Below, in pieces: positions 9,593-18,848 of a stretch of DNA of 64,000 nucleotides. The DNA is taken from the IMG/VR virus record IMGVR_UViG_3300027672_000010, positions 1 through 64,000 of that record. One strand, written 5' to 3'. This stretch comes from a virus (taxonomy: Duplodnaviria; Caudoviricetes). Within the stretch, counting starts at the first letter, position 1, and each line of letters starts with the position of its first letter. A program made the translations under genes and the position numbers. Below the pieces are notes generated by a model. That model searched no databases. It was not told the DNA's origin and saw only the letters and a list, made by a program, of their open reading frames with translations.

Positions 9593-10116
9593 TGTTCGAA
9601 TATATAAAGAAGTATAAGATTAAAGACTTTGACAGATTGCAGAACGAAGTGTTGATGGCAATCGAGATGATCAAAGCAGATAACGAAACCAAGTATGCCA
9701 AGATGAGTGCCTCTGATTATAAGGTAGATCTGAAAGGTGGATCGGAGTTGTATCGGAAACAAGTTCACGAGATGGTGAATGAGTGCGTAGAAGATTATAT
9801 GGCAGGGTGGAGATGCTCGGATTGGGAAATGCAGAACTGTTGGTTCGCAGAATACCGTGATGGCGCAGACTTTGATTATCACACACACGAAGGTTGTAAT
9901 ATGTCTGGTGTTATATCACTAGTACTAGACGAACCTCGTAATGGCACAAAACTAATGGGGTCGGATATCCAACCCTCGGAAGGAGAAGTCGTATTGTTTC
10001 CCGGTATGTTACCACACAAGAGTCCGTATGTATACGAAGGTGAGAAGATCGTTATAGGATTCAACTGGAACATGATGGGAAGTGAAGTTCATTCAACAGG
10101 AATAAGGGAAGAATAA
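9592..10116 (+). CDS. Putative 2OG-Fe(II) oxygenase (tandem paralog)
   Basis: YHTHEGCN...EGEVVLFPGMLPH. Confidence 0.7.
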   Translation: MFEYIKKYKIKDFDRLQNEVLMAIEMIKADNETKYAKMSASDYKVDLKGGSELYRKQVHEMVNECVEDYMAGWRCSDWEMQNCWFAEYRDGADFDYHTHEGCNMSGVISLVLDEPRNGTKLMGSDIQPSEGEVVLFPGMLPHKSPYVYEGEKIVIGFNWNMMGSEVHSTGIREE

Positions 10117-10117
10117 A

Positions 10118-10459
10118 ATGGCAGATAAGAAAGTATTAACAGTAGACTCGGATGGTTCGATGTTAGGAGCAGACGTTGACGGTGATGGACATATCACTGA
10201 GTCAGAACTCTCTATGCACCTAGAGTTTAAACGTAAGGAATTAGAAGACGCAGATGCGATGCGCGATGCCCAACGTAAGATGGCGTGGTTTGCCCTCTAT
10301 GGTATGTTGTTGTATCCGTTCGCAGTTGTACTTGCCTCACTCGCAGGTTTGTCCGAAGCAACGACTACATTAGGTTCAATGGCACCCACATACTTTGTAT
10401 CAGTTGCCGCGATAGTTGCCGCATTCTATGCGAAGGAAGCATTGAGTACGAAGAAGTAA
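10118..10459 (+). CDS. Two-TM membrane protein with EF-hand-like loop (holin-like candidate)
   Basis: DVDGDGHITESE, then two hydrophobic helices and basic C-terminus. Confidence 0.55.
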   Translation: MADKKVLTVDSDGSMLGADVDGDGHITESELSMHLEFKRKELEDADAMRDAQRKMAWFALYGMLLYPFAVVLASLAGLSEATTTLGSMAPTYFVSVAAIVAAFYAKEALSTKK

Positions 10460-10460
10460 G

Positions 10461-11327
10461 GTGGAGATTATATCATGGCGTGGTACTCCCGGAGTAGGTG
10501 ATTTTATGTGGGCACTTAATTGTGCCCATAACCACGCCTATGAAACTGGCACAAAGGTCGAGTTAGAGTTTCATTGGGAACATGATGAGAGTCACAACCA
10601 CCACTTCGAGGATCCAGAGACGATCATCGAACGGTGTGACTATCTACATTCATTCTATAACAGACAAGATGATGTAACGATCAAGCACATCTACGAAGCA
10701 TACAGTCGCTACAGAGATTGGAAGTTCGGAGATGATGTCGTAGAAGAGGCAGACGGTAGTAAACGTATTGCCGCGATAGTCCGTAAGAACAAGGCAAGGT
10801 TCTGGTTTCAGAATGGTAGGTATGATGATAAGGAAGGATCTGACATACCATGTAATGATTGGGGATTCAGAAAAGATGCGTTCAGGGATATCGACAAACG
10901 TAAGGTAGTTATCTGGAGACCAACGTTTAATGCGGAAACTCCAAGAACATGGAAAAAAGAGTTGACAAACGATGAGTGGGATGTTATAATAAGACAGTTG
11001 TCTGCGGCAGGATTATATGTAGTAGAGTTGACTTATAGAACACCAGTGAGAGAAGCACTGTATCACATATCAACCTGTAGACAGATCGTATGCTATGATG
11101 GAATGTGGCATTACATTGCTCGTAACTTATATAGACCTATGTTAATTATAAGTAGAGAGGGTATCACTAAGTATCATACACCCCATGCCCTTACAACAAC
11201 CTATGATAAAGGTAGAAACATATGGTCTTGGTTAGATGACATGAAAGACCTATTAGGTAAAAGTAAACACAAAGCAAGACACTTCGAAAAGAAGGATGAG
11301 AAATATTATAATGACAATGCCCGATGA
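10461..11327 (+). CDS. Putative GT-B glycosyltransferase (GT9-like)
   Basis: GVGD N-terminal motif, YDGMWHYIA C-terminal motif. Confidence 0.55.
   Translation: MEIISWRGTPGVGDFMWALNCAHNHAYETGTKVELEFHWEHDESHNHHFEDPETIIERCDYLHSFYNRQDDVTIKHIYEAYSRYRDWKFGDDVVEEADGSKRIAAIVRKNKARFWFQNGRYDDKEGSDIPCNDWGFRKDAFRDIDKRKVVIWRPTFNAETPRTWKKELTNDEWDVIIRQLSAAGLYVVELTYRTPVREALYHISTCRQIVCYDGMWHYIARNLYRPMLIISREGITKYHTPHALTTTYDKGRNIWSWLDDMKDLLGKSKHKARHFEKKDEKYYNDNAR
10962..10990 (+). promoter_or_regulatory. Perfect sigma70 consensus promoter inside a CDS
   Basis: TTGACA-17nt-TATAAT with extended -10 TG and upstream A-tract. Confidence 0.7.
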
Positions 11328-11520
11328 AAGATACCAAGCACTAAAGCGTACCGCAGAGTTCTTGAAAGATTTACAGACTCATAGTGGTAAGTACACGAGA
11401 GATGATATGAAAGAGATACGAAGAATGGCATCCTCTTGTCTACGTCATTACCCTTGGGATATGTACCTAGAAGATTTAGCAGAGATAGCACCACACATAC
11501 TGGAGAACAAAGATGGGTGA
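11311..11520 (+). CDS. Hypothetical protein
   Basis: MTMPDERY...CLRHYP motif; overlaps flanking genes. Confidence 0.6.
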   Translation: MTMPDERYQALKRTAEFLKDLQTHSGKYTRDDMKEIRRMASSCLRHYPWDMYLEDLAEIAPHILENKDG

Positions 11521-12496
11521 CATAAAGATAGATAGAGCAGTAATCGAAGTTAACGGAGCGTGTAACTTTGACTGTACTATGTGTCCCCAAGATAAACGTG
11601 TGGGTGGTAGACATAAAGGATTCCTTGCGAAGATGAACCTTATGGAGTTCGAAGATAACCTTCGGGACTGTAAGCAACACGGTATGCGAGTAGTCAACCT
11701 AGATGGATCAGGTGAAGCAACCCTTAACCGTAACCTTCCTATGTACATAGCATTAGTTAAGAAGTATGATTGTCAAGCAGTCATCTTCTCTAATGGTTTT
11801 AAGATGCACGGTCAGTTTATGAAAGACTGCGTGGACGCAGGTCTAGACTTCTTTAGGTTCTCGTTCGTAGGATCTAACCCAGAGAAGTATCAAGAGTGGA
11901 TGAACAACACGCGTGGATCATCCTACCATATTATCAAGAAGAACATCGAAGAGATGATGGCATACGTCAAAGCGACAGGTAGTACTTGTGTGGTAGAGAC
12001 ATATCATCTAATCACAGACAATGCCAACTTAGACGCAGAACTAGACGAGTACAAAGCATTAGTAGAAGAACTTGGTTGTAAGACTGAGATCTGGAAGATG
12101 CACAACTGGTCTGGGGCATATGATATAGGAGATAATAAAAGAGAGGGTACAACTAAGACTTGTGGAAGACCCTTCTCTCCAGATGTCGTAATCCGCGCAG
12201 GTGGTATTGACGGTGGGCGAGGCGCAGTTCATCCTTGTTGTCAAGTACTTGGACGAGACGAAGAGGCAGTCATGGGTCATACGTCTCACAATACAATCGA
12301 AGAGATCATCCGTGGCCCAGAGTACTCTGCTCTGCGCGAGTCTCATCGAACTGGTGAGTATACAGATTATTGCGGAGATTGTGACTTTTTACTTGACGAT
12401 CCCGAAACTTTAGTGTATACTAATAATAATAGAGCAACACAAAAAATGATCGGTACAGACTTCAATCTGGAAGATTATAGGAATGGTGGAGTATGA
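11513..12496 (+). CDS. Radical SAM/SPASM protein
   Basis: CNFDCTMC (CxxxCxxC), GEA, C-terminal C...PCC...CxxC. Confidence 0.9.
   Translation: MGDIKIDRAVIEVNGACNFDCTMCPQDKRVGGRHKGFLAKMNLMEFEDNLRDCKQHGMRVVNLDGSGEATLNRNLPMYIALVKKYDCQAVIFSNGFKMHGQFMKDCVDAGLDFFRFSFVGSNPEKYQEWMNNTRGSSYHIIKKNIEEMMAYVKATGSTCVVETYHLITDNANLDAELDEYKALVEELGCKTEIWKMHNWSGAYDIGDNKREGTTKTCGRPFSPDVVIRAGGIDGGRGAVHPCCQVLGRDEEAVMGHTSHNTIEEIIRGPEYSALRESHRTGEYTDYCGDCDFLLDDPETLVYTNNNRATQKMIGTDFNLEDYRNGGV
12393..12421 (+). promoter_or_regulatory. Internal sigma70-type promoter
   Basis: TTGACG-17nt-TATACT. Confidence 0.5.
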
Positions 12497-12723
12497 ATAA
12501 GATAAAGAAGTGGATCAAGGATATATTCCTTGAAGTATACGTCTTGACTATTTGGTACAAAGAAGGTAACGAATTTGAAACCAAGATTACCAAGCGAGTA
12601 TACAATATGAAGAAGATTAAGAAAGCAACTGCCAAGCACGTCATTGGCATTAAGTCAGACGGTAATATGCTAGAGATTAAGACGGTCGAACCCTTTGACT
12701 ATCAAATTGAGAAGATACATTAA
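12493..12723 (+). CDS. Hypothetical protein
   Basis: ATGA overlap, GGAG RBS. Confidence 0.6.
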   Translation: MNKIKKWIKDIFLEVYVLTIWYKEGNEFETKITKRVYNMKKIKKATAKHVIGIKSDGNMLEIKTVEPFDYQIEKIH

Positions 12724-13515
12724 ATGAAAAGATTGATCTATCAGGTATGTTTAGGCGAACAGTACAAGAGTAAACTTTACTCGCATTGTATACAGAGTGT
12801 GGCAGACTATTGTGAGAAGAACGATATAGAACACTATGTATTGCGCACCCCCAAGTTAAGGATCAAACCCGATCCTTTCTCTGGTAATCGAAGCACCGAT
12901 TCGTATATGAAGCACGGTGGTTACCTTCCTATCTATGAGAAAGAGAATGCGTTTGACGAACTAGACAACTACGATCAGATTGCTATCATTGATAGTGACA
13001 TCTATATCAGAGCAGACGCACCGAACATCTTTGATGACTTCGGTACCGAAGATGCGTTTGGTTGTGTGTTTGAGCGTGAGATGCCCTTGACTGATAATTA
13101 TAAAGAGAAGATCCTTAACTACTCTCGTATGCAATACAAACCTTTACATGATACTGGTATTGATTTCAACCCAAGTACTATGGGTTATGAGTTTGCCAAT
13201 ATGGGTATGATCTTGTTGAACTGCTCGTTATTCAAACCCTATCTGAAAGGGCAGACCGCCAAAGAGTTTCTTACTCGTATGGAGTTCAAGGACTTTGTTG
13301 ATGGTCTTGCGGCATGGAAGTGGTCTACTGACCAGACGTTACTGAACTTCTTCCTAAAGAAATATAACGTGCCTGTGAAGCATATGGATCATGTATGGAA
13401 TGGACTGTATGGCGCAAACACAAAGGTTGATGAGTGTCACTTCGTACACTTCTTCTTGAAGACATTACTACCTGATCAAGGCGAGAACGTAGAAGAGTTG
13501 ATGAAGAAGATATGA
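12724..13515 (+). CDS. GT-A glycosyltransferase (GT8-like)
   Basis: IDSD DxD, NMG, DQTLLN, WN, HF motifs. Confidence 0.8.
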   Translation: MKRLIYQVCLGEQYKSKLYSHCIQSVADYCEKNDIEHYVLRTPKLRIKPDPFSGNRSTDSYMKHGGYLPIYEKENAFDELDNYDQIAIIDSDIYIRADAPNIFDDFGTEDAFGCVFEREMPLTDNYKEKILNYSRMQYKPLHDTGIDFNPSTMGYEFANMGMILLNCSLFKPYLKGQTAKEFLTRMEFKDFVDGLAAWKWSTDQTLLNFFLKKYNVPVKHMDHVWNGLYGANTKVDECHFVHFFLKTLLPDQGENVEELMKKI

Positions 13516-14084
13516 AGCAGTGGAAGTATAAAGATTCCGCAGATTATGAAGAACACCAGATTCTTGCCAACATTAAAAAGATAGACTGGGTTTGGATGGA
13601 AGCATCGACTGCCCAAAGGATTCAATATAGGTTTAAATCCGCATCTAGTATATTATGTCATGGCGCAAGAAATGGTACTGAGATTGAATACTTTCGAAAA
13701 TACTATGGACTAGATACAAAGATCATGGGCACGGACATATCACCGACTGCGATAGATTTCAAAGATATGGTTCAGTGGGATATGCAGAAACCCAACGAAC
13801 ACTGGATCGGTAAGTGGGACATTGTATATTCAAATTCGTTTGATCACTGTAATGACCCAAAGAAGTGTGTTAAGACTTGGACTGATCAAGTATCCCCTGA
13901 TGGTATATTGGTAGTAGAAATACCGACAGGAGAAAACAACTTCAGTACAGTGATGGATCCGTTAATGATAAGTAAGAGTGAGTTCCTTGAAATGATAGAA
14001 CCACATGGGTTTAAACTAGTCAATGAGTTCTATGTTGACGCTAAACTAGGAAGCAGTCGCGTACTGCTATGTAAGAAGATATGA
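13512..14084 (+). CDS. SAM-dependent methyltransferase
   Basis: CHGARNGTE, GTDIS, WDIVYSNSFDH. Confidence 0.75.
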   Translation: MKQWKYKDSADYEEHQILANIKKIDWVWMEASTAQRIQYRFKSASSILCHGARNGTEIEYFRKYYGLDTKIMGTDISPTAIDFKDMVQWDMQKPNEHWIGKWDIVYSNSFDHCNDPKKCVKTWTDQVSPDGILVVEIPTGENNFSTVMDPLMISKSEFLEMIEPHGFKLVNEFYVDAKLGSSRVLLCKKI

Positions 14085-14770
14085 AAGCATTTGTAATTGC
14101 GTTAGTGGGTCAATCATACGAACCACTAACAAGAACTATTGAGAAGACCGAATCGCCTTTGGAGTTACATTGGTTACCTGCCACAACACCCAAAACTATC
14201 AAAGATGACCGTAAGGCATTCCCTAAGTTCAAGTGGACTTGGCCAATGTTAGCAGAACAAGATGGTCTTTGTATGGAAACAGGAGTATTCAAGTTTGTCT
14301 ATCAGGCACAAGAATACAGCAAGAAGATTGCCTGTTCGATCAGTCATATGAGAGCATGGCAGAAGTGTGTTGATCTAGATGAACCTATTATCATATTCGA
14401 AGCAGACGCAGTGGTCAAACGAAAGATAGACATTGAACCTGATCAGGCACTCTTGATTGGTCTTAACGATCCTCGTGGTGCCACCAGACGCGCAGGTACA
14501 TATCATGCCAAACAAGTTGAGTACGGAGAAGGAATCAATCCTGTATCCACAGTCAATGAGTCTGGAGAGAATCCAGTGCCCCAAGGATTAGCAGGTAACA
14601 GTGCCTACTATATAACACCTGTAGGAGCAAAGAAGTTACTACAGGAAGCAGAAATATACGGTATGTGGCCAAATGACGCATTTATGTGTAAGGAATTATT
14701 TCCTTTCTTACGACAAGCATATCCATATTATACAACAATCAGTGGAGCAGAATCCACAACAACAAGGTAG
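14081..14770 (+). CDS. GT25-family glycosyltransferase
   Basis: ACSISH...W...IFEAD, AYYITP.GAKKLL. Confidence 0.8.
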   Translation: MKAFVIALVGQSYEPLTRTIEKTESPLELHWLPATTPKTIKDDRKAFPKFKWTWPMLAEQDGLCMETGVFKFVYQAQEYSKKIACSISHMRAWQKCVDLDEPIIIFEADAVVKRKIDIEPDQALLIGLNDPRGATRRAGTYHAKQVEYGEGINPVSTVNESGENPVPQGLAGNSAYYITPVGAKKLLQEAEIYGMWPNDAFMCKELFPFLRQAYPYYTTISGAESTTTR

Positions 14771-14777
14771 AGATGAA

Positions 14778-15047
14778 ATGAGCGAACGAGTATTAGGTGA
14801 TAATGTATTAGTCACAGAACGTAAAGAAGCAGGTGAGACACAAACCGCAGGTGGCATTATCCTCAGTGGTGATCTCAGTACAGGTAACAAAGCGGCATTG
14901 GTATTAGCAGTTGGCCCAGATGTCACAGATATTAAGTCTGGTGATGTATGCTATCTCAAATGGTCTGAGTGTTTGCCAGTAGAATTAGAAGGTGTCAAGT
15001 GTGGCATCGTAGCACAAGAGTTTATTAAGATGGTTGTGGATGCGTGA
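14778..15047 (+). CDS. groES: GroES-like co-chaperonin
   Basis: LGDNVLV...TAGGIIL...VLAVGP...IKSGD. Confidence 0.9.
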   Translation: MSERVLGDNVLVTERKEAGETQTAGGIILSGDLSTGNKAALVLAVGPDVTDIKSGDVCYLKWSECLPVELEGVKCGIVAQEFIKMVVDA

Positions 15048-15697
15048 AAGCATACGTCATAACAATACTGGACAATGATTTATCGCAAGAAGCGGCAGAT
15101 ACTTGTATTGCTAGTGCCAAAAGGTACGGCATTGAAGTAGAGAAGTTTCCTGCTATTACCCCTCGCACAGAGGGGTTTCAACATAGGGTAGCATTAGCGA
15201 ACCTAGACATAGAAGCATTCTCTGGTGGATGGTCGAGGGTAGAGAACGCATTGGCGTGTTTCCTATCCCACCGTGAGTTATGGAAGATGTGTAATGAGAC
15301 GCGAGAAGATATTATGATTCTTGAGCATGATGCGATATTCAAGGATGGTATACCTAAGAACTTCGCATTCAATAAGTGTATTACTCTTGGTAAACCGTCT
15401 TACGGTAACTTCGAAACTCCTACTGGATTCGGGGCACAACCACTATCCCAAGCAAAGTACTTTAAGGGGGCACACGCATATATTATCAAAGCATCTGCCG
15501 CAGAAGACTTTCTAATGAGTATCATCTCTAGACCAACCGACATCTTTCTTAACACGTTTAACTTCCCGTACCTTGAAGAGTATTATCCTTGGGTGGTTGA
15601 GGTTGAAGATACTTTCTCTACTATTCAAAACAAGAAAGGGTTGGAAGCAAAACATACCTATGTGGCAGGGAGAGATGTTAAGGTGGTGGTGGCATGA
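15044..15697 (+). CDS. GT25-family glycosyltransferase
   Basis: CFLSH..LW, ILEHDA, GAHAY. Confidence 0.85.
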   Translation: MKAYVITILDNDLSQEAADTCIASAKRYGIEVEKFPAITPRTEGFQHRVALANLDIEAFSGGWSRVENALACFLSHRELWKMCNETREDIMILEHDAIFKDGIPKNFAFNKCITLGKPSYGNFETPTGFGAQPLSQAKYFKGAHAYIIKASAAEDFLMSIISRPTDIFLNTFNFPYLEEYYPWVVEVEDTFSTIQNKKGLEAKHTYVAGRDVKVVVA

Positions 15698-16401
15698 GCA
15701 AGCGAAAGATTAACTTTATAACAGTATGTACAGACGCGTATCCTATGGAGTATGCGCGTAAGATAATAACTCAGTTCGAGAAACTATCTAACTTCAATGT
15801 AACATCATACTGTATAACAGACCGACCAAACGAGATCTCTGACATTGCCACCCCCATTGCTCCACCCTTCGGTATTGGTAAAGGTTGGTGGAATAAGATG
15901 TATCTTTATAGCGAGGATATGCCCAAAGGTTACAGTGTGTACTTAGACATAGACACAGTTCTAATCAAGAACTTTGATGATGAGATCATAAACTGTATTA
16001 TTAACCTATCGTTTGGTAGAAAGATATCAGTCGTATCGGATGCGATTATGTGGAAGAACAATAAGTACAGTTCCTCTATGATGGTTATGAAGCACGGTCA
16101 GATGGTAGATGTATGGGAGAAGTTTGAAAAGAACAAGGAGTCTTTGTACGGTTACGATGGGGGAGACCAAGTATGGACAGGTCACCAGTTGAGCGACAGT
16201 GATGTATTCTATATCGATGAGTCATTCCCCAAGTTGAAGATGAATTTAAAATTCCACTTAGGTAAGAAGATATTTGGTCAATGGGATTTTCCCAAACGAC
16301 TGCCAGTGGGTACTAAGATAGTTGATTGTGGAGGCAAACCTAAACCGCACGAACTGAGTTATTTACACTATGTAAAGGAGAATTGGCACGATGTTGAGTA
16401 A
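15694..16401 (+). CDS. Glycosyltransferase-like protein
   Basis: GWWNK, YLDID, SSMM, GDQ, GKPKP motifs. Confidence 0.75.
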   Translation: MSKRKINFITVCTDAYPMEYARKIITQFEKLSNFNVTSYCITDRPNEISDIATPIAPPFGIGKGWWNKMYLYSEDMPKGYSVYLDIDTVLIKNFDDEIINCIINLSFGRKISVVSDAIMWKNNKYSSSMMVMKHGQMVDVWEKFEKNKESLYGYDGGDQVWTGHQLSDSDVFYIDESFPKLKMNLKFHLGKKIFGQWDFPKRLPVGTKIVDCGGKPKPHELSYLHYVKENWHDVE

Positions 16402-16786
16402 ACTATTTGCCGGAGTAATCCTTGCGATGAGCATAACAGGTTATCTGTTCTATACGCAAGTACACAAACCACTATTAGCACAAGTGGCACAACAAGCGGC
16501 AGTGATTGCCGCACAAGAGATCCGTCAACAAGAACAGATCAGAACTCTCGAAGCACTACAAGCAAACTTCATTAAGACAACCGAAGCACTCAATGTAATG
16601 AGCGCAAAGAATGCGGAGATCGAAGCAGAACAAGCAAGATACCTCGACATATTCAAACGTCATAATCTAACTAAGTTGGCTGCCGCTAAACCGGGACTAA
16701 TAACAACTAGAATCAATAGGGGGACTAAAAATGTATTCGATTCAATTGAGAACGATTCTACTTTCATTGATAATCTTGACGAGTAG
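16391..16786 (+). CDS. i-spanin-like protein
   Basis: N-terminal TM followed by coiled coil; overlaps a lipoprotein gene. Confidence 0.65.
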   Translation: MLSKLFAGVILAMSITGYLFYTQVHKPLLAQVAQQAAVIAAQEIRQQEQIRTLEALQANFIKTTEALNVMSAKNAEIEAEQARYLDIFKRHNLTKLAAAKPGLITTRINRGTKNVFDSIENDSTFIDNLDE

Positions 16787-17159
16787 TGGATGTTCCACCA
16801 TAGGTGGTTTGTTCACAGATGATATGGTACCTCCTGTAGTTGAGATTCGTACCATAGAAGTTAAGATACCTATCACACACCCAGTGATGCCTCGTGCTAT
16901 TGATCTAAAAGACCCTGAGTTCTTTGTTGTGTCCGAAAAGAACGTCGAAGAGTTTATGCTCGATATAAAGAAACGTGCCGGAACTTTGGTATTTATTGCG
17001 ATAACAGTTGACGATTACGAGTTAATGAGTTATAATATGCAAGAGATAAAACGTTATGTTAATCAGATGAAAGAAGTTATCGTGTATTACCGTACCATCA
17101 ATGACTTCGAAGAAGAAGTCGAAACCGAACCAACAACCAAACAGGAAAGTGTACCATGA
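16731..17159 (+). CDS. o-spanin-like lipoprotein
   Basis: Lipobox-like SSGC, Pro-rich segment. Confidence 0.65.
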   Translation: MYSIQLRTILLSLIILTSSGCSTIGGLFTDDMVPPVVEIRTIEVKIPITHPVMPRAIDLKDPEFFVVSEKNVEEFMLDIKKRAGTLVFIAITVDDYELMSYNMQEIKRYVNQMKEVIVYYRTINDFEEEVETEPTTKQESVP

Positions 17160-17497
17160 AGACAGTAGTACTAATCTCATCGTTATTGTTTTGCGGAGCA
17201 GTCGATTCGACACCATATATTGAAGCAAAGAGCAAAGCAAAAGTTACCAGTGATTCTTACGCAGTATCTTATTTTACAAACGAGGCAGTCAACCACATAC
17301 GATTGGGTAACGCGTGGGATAATGCGTATATCGAAGCAGGTAAGATGACAAATGGTGTATCTAGCGAAGCAGGTTATAGGTTTCGGAAGATCGGTGGAAG
17401 TAACTTTACTCTGAAAGGTAAGGTAGAGAGTACTAAGCGAGATGGTGAACAGTGGGTTCATGGAGTCGAAACCGAACTCCGTTACACCTTTGACTAA
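17156..17497 (+). CDS. Small outer-membrane beta-barrel-like protein
   Basis: Signal peptide, alternating beta pattern, C-terminal RYTFD. Confidence 0.5.
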   Translation: MKTVVLISSLLFCGAVDSTPYIEAKSKAKVTSDSYAVSYFTNEAVNHIRLGNAWDNAYIEAGKMTNGVSSEAGYRFRKIGGSNFTLKGKVESTKRDGEQWVHGVETELRYTFD

Positions 17498-17544
17498 CAA
17501 ATCGTATACATACATACAGAGAATAACTAATAGGTTAGAAGAAT

Positions 17545-18021
17545 ATGTATGAATATAGCGCAAAGATTGTTAGGGTGGTTGACGGTGATACTGTGGACGT
17601 TGACCTTGATCTTGGTTTCGGTATCGTGTATGCTAATCAGCGCATTCGTCTATACGGTATCGACACTCCTGAATCACGGACAAGAGATCTTACAGAGAAA
17701 GTCTTCGGTAAAATCGCAGGGAAGTTCCTTGAAGGAAAACTTGGGGAGCGATGCAAGATCCGTACTCGAAAAGACGGAAAGGGAAAGTACGGACGTATCC
17801 TCGGAGAGTTTGTTGTCTACGATCACGAGACTGACTCGGAGATGACCGTCAATGATATTATGATCCGCGACCACTATGCGGTTGCGTACTTTGGTCAGTC
17901 TAAGGATGATATCGAAGCAGAACACGTTATCAATCGCGCAAAGTTGGCAGAACATTACGGTCACCCTAGCGAAGATGGAAAGTACATAGAATTGAAAGAA
18001 TCATTTGGATTAGACTTTTAG
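17545..18021 (+). CDS. Thermonuclease (SNase-like)
   Basis: VVDGDT, RIRLYGIDTPE, GKYGRIL. Confidence 0.9.
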   Translation: MYEYSAKIVRVVDGDTVDVDLDLGFGIVYANQRIRLYGIDTPESRTRDLTEKVFGKIAGKFLEGKLGERCKIRTRKDGKGKYGRILGEFVVYDHETDSEMTVNDIMIRDHYAVAYFGQSKDDIEAEHVINRAKLAEHYGHPSEDGKYIELKESFGLDF

Positions 18022-18029
18022 GATAGATT

Positions 18030-18659
18030 ATGAGATGGAATGTACTTGGTAATGGGGATAATGCCCATATGTTTGAACGTGGGACAAAAGGTAAGTTACT
18101 GATATGTAATATGCCTCCCTTCGAGATACCCACTAGGGAAGTCCACGCTACCTGTATGGTAGACTACAAGATGATGTTGGCACTAGCACAGGGTCACATC
18201 AAACTCGATATGTATGATTGGGTTCTTGGTATGCGTCCCAGACATTGGATGGAGATGAACCCTGCGTTCTATCTCAAGTATGCTCAGAAGATCAAGGCAA
18301 TGCATACACACATACCTAAGTACGCACAATTGGATGGACAAGACGCAGGACAGGCATCCACTAACTATTCCTGTGGACATATGGCAATCGACTATGCCTG
18401 TCGTGTTAAGGGCGCAACAGAAGTACACATCTATGGTTTTGATGCTATGTTCGATACTAACCTCAGATCTTATACAGACCTATTGTTAGAATCAGATCGT
18501 AGTGAACAAAACACCTATAGGATTGCCAACAACTGGAGACCAGTATGGACTGGACTCTTTAAAGAGTTCAAGCACGTTAAGTTTTACTTGTATCACAAAC
18601 ACGATAGACTTCAAGTGCCTGTAGGTAAGAACGTAACAGTAATAGTAAAGGAGAGATAG
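18030..18659 (+). CDS. Maf/GT42-like glycosyltransferase candidate
   Basis: VLGNG start and NYSCGHMA...G..EVHIYGFD motif. Confidence 0.45.
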   Translation: MRWNVLGNGDNAHMFERGTKGKLLICNMPPFEIPTREVHATCMVDYKMMLALAQGHIKLDMYDWVLGMRPRHWMEMNPAFYLKYAQKIKAMHTHIPKYAQLDGQDAGQASTNYSCGHMAIDYACRVKGATEVHIYGFDAMFDTNLRSYTDLLLESDRSEQNTYRIANNWRPVWTGLFKEFKHVKFYLYHKHDRLQVPVGKNVTVIVKER

Positions 18660-18660
18660 T

Positions 18661-18810
18661 ATGCCAAGTAAAGAAGACCTAGTAGTAGTAATGAGAAGGT
18701 TAACCGAATTCTTAGGAGACACAGTGAGTGACTTCATTTCGGTTTGGAGGATATATCCTAATGTACTTATTTGGTGTGGACTTGCGTTCTTGATTGCCGC
18801 ATTTGTATAA
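18661..18810 (+). CDS. Small membrane protein (not in ORF track)
   Basis: AAGGAG RBS; C-terminal hydrophobic helix. Confidence 0.5.
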   Translation: MPSKEDLVVVMRRLTEFLGDTVSDFISVWRIYPNVLIWCGLAFLIAAFV

Positions 18811-18813
18811 ATA
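18806..18813 (+). promoter_or_regulatory. T4-type late promoter
   Basis: TATAAATA shortly upstream of 18849. Confidence 0.8.
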
Positions 18814-18848
18814 AACGTATATTACAAACCATTACATACAGGTAACCC

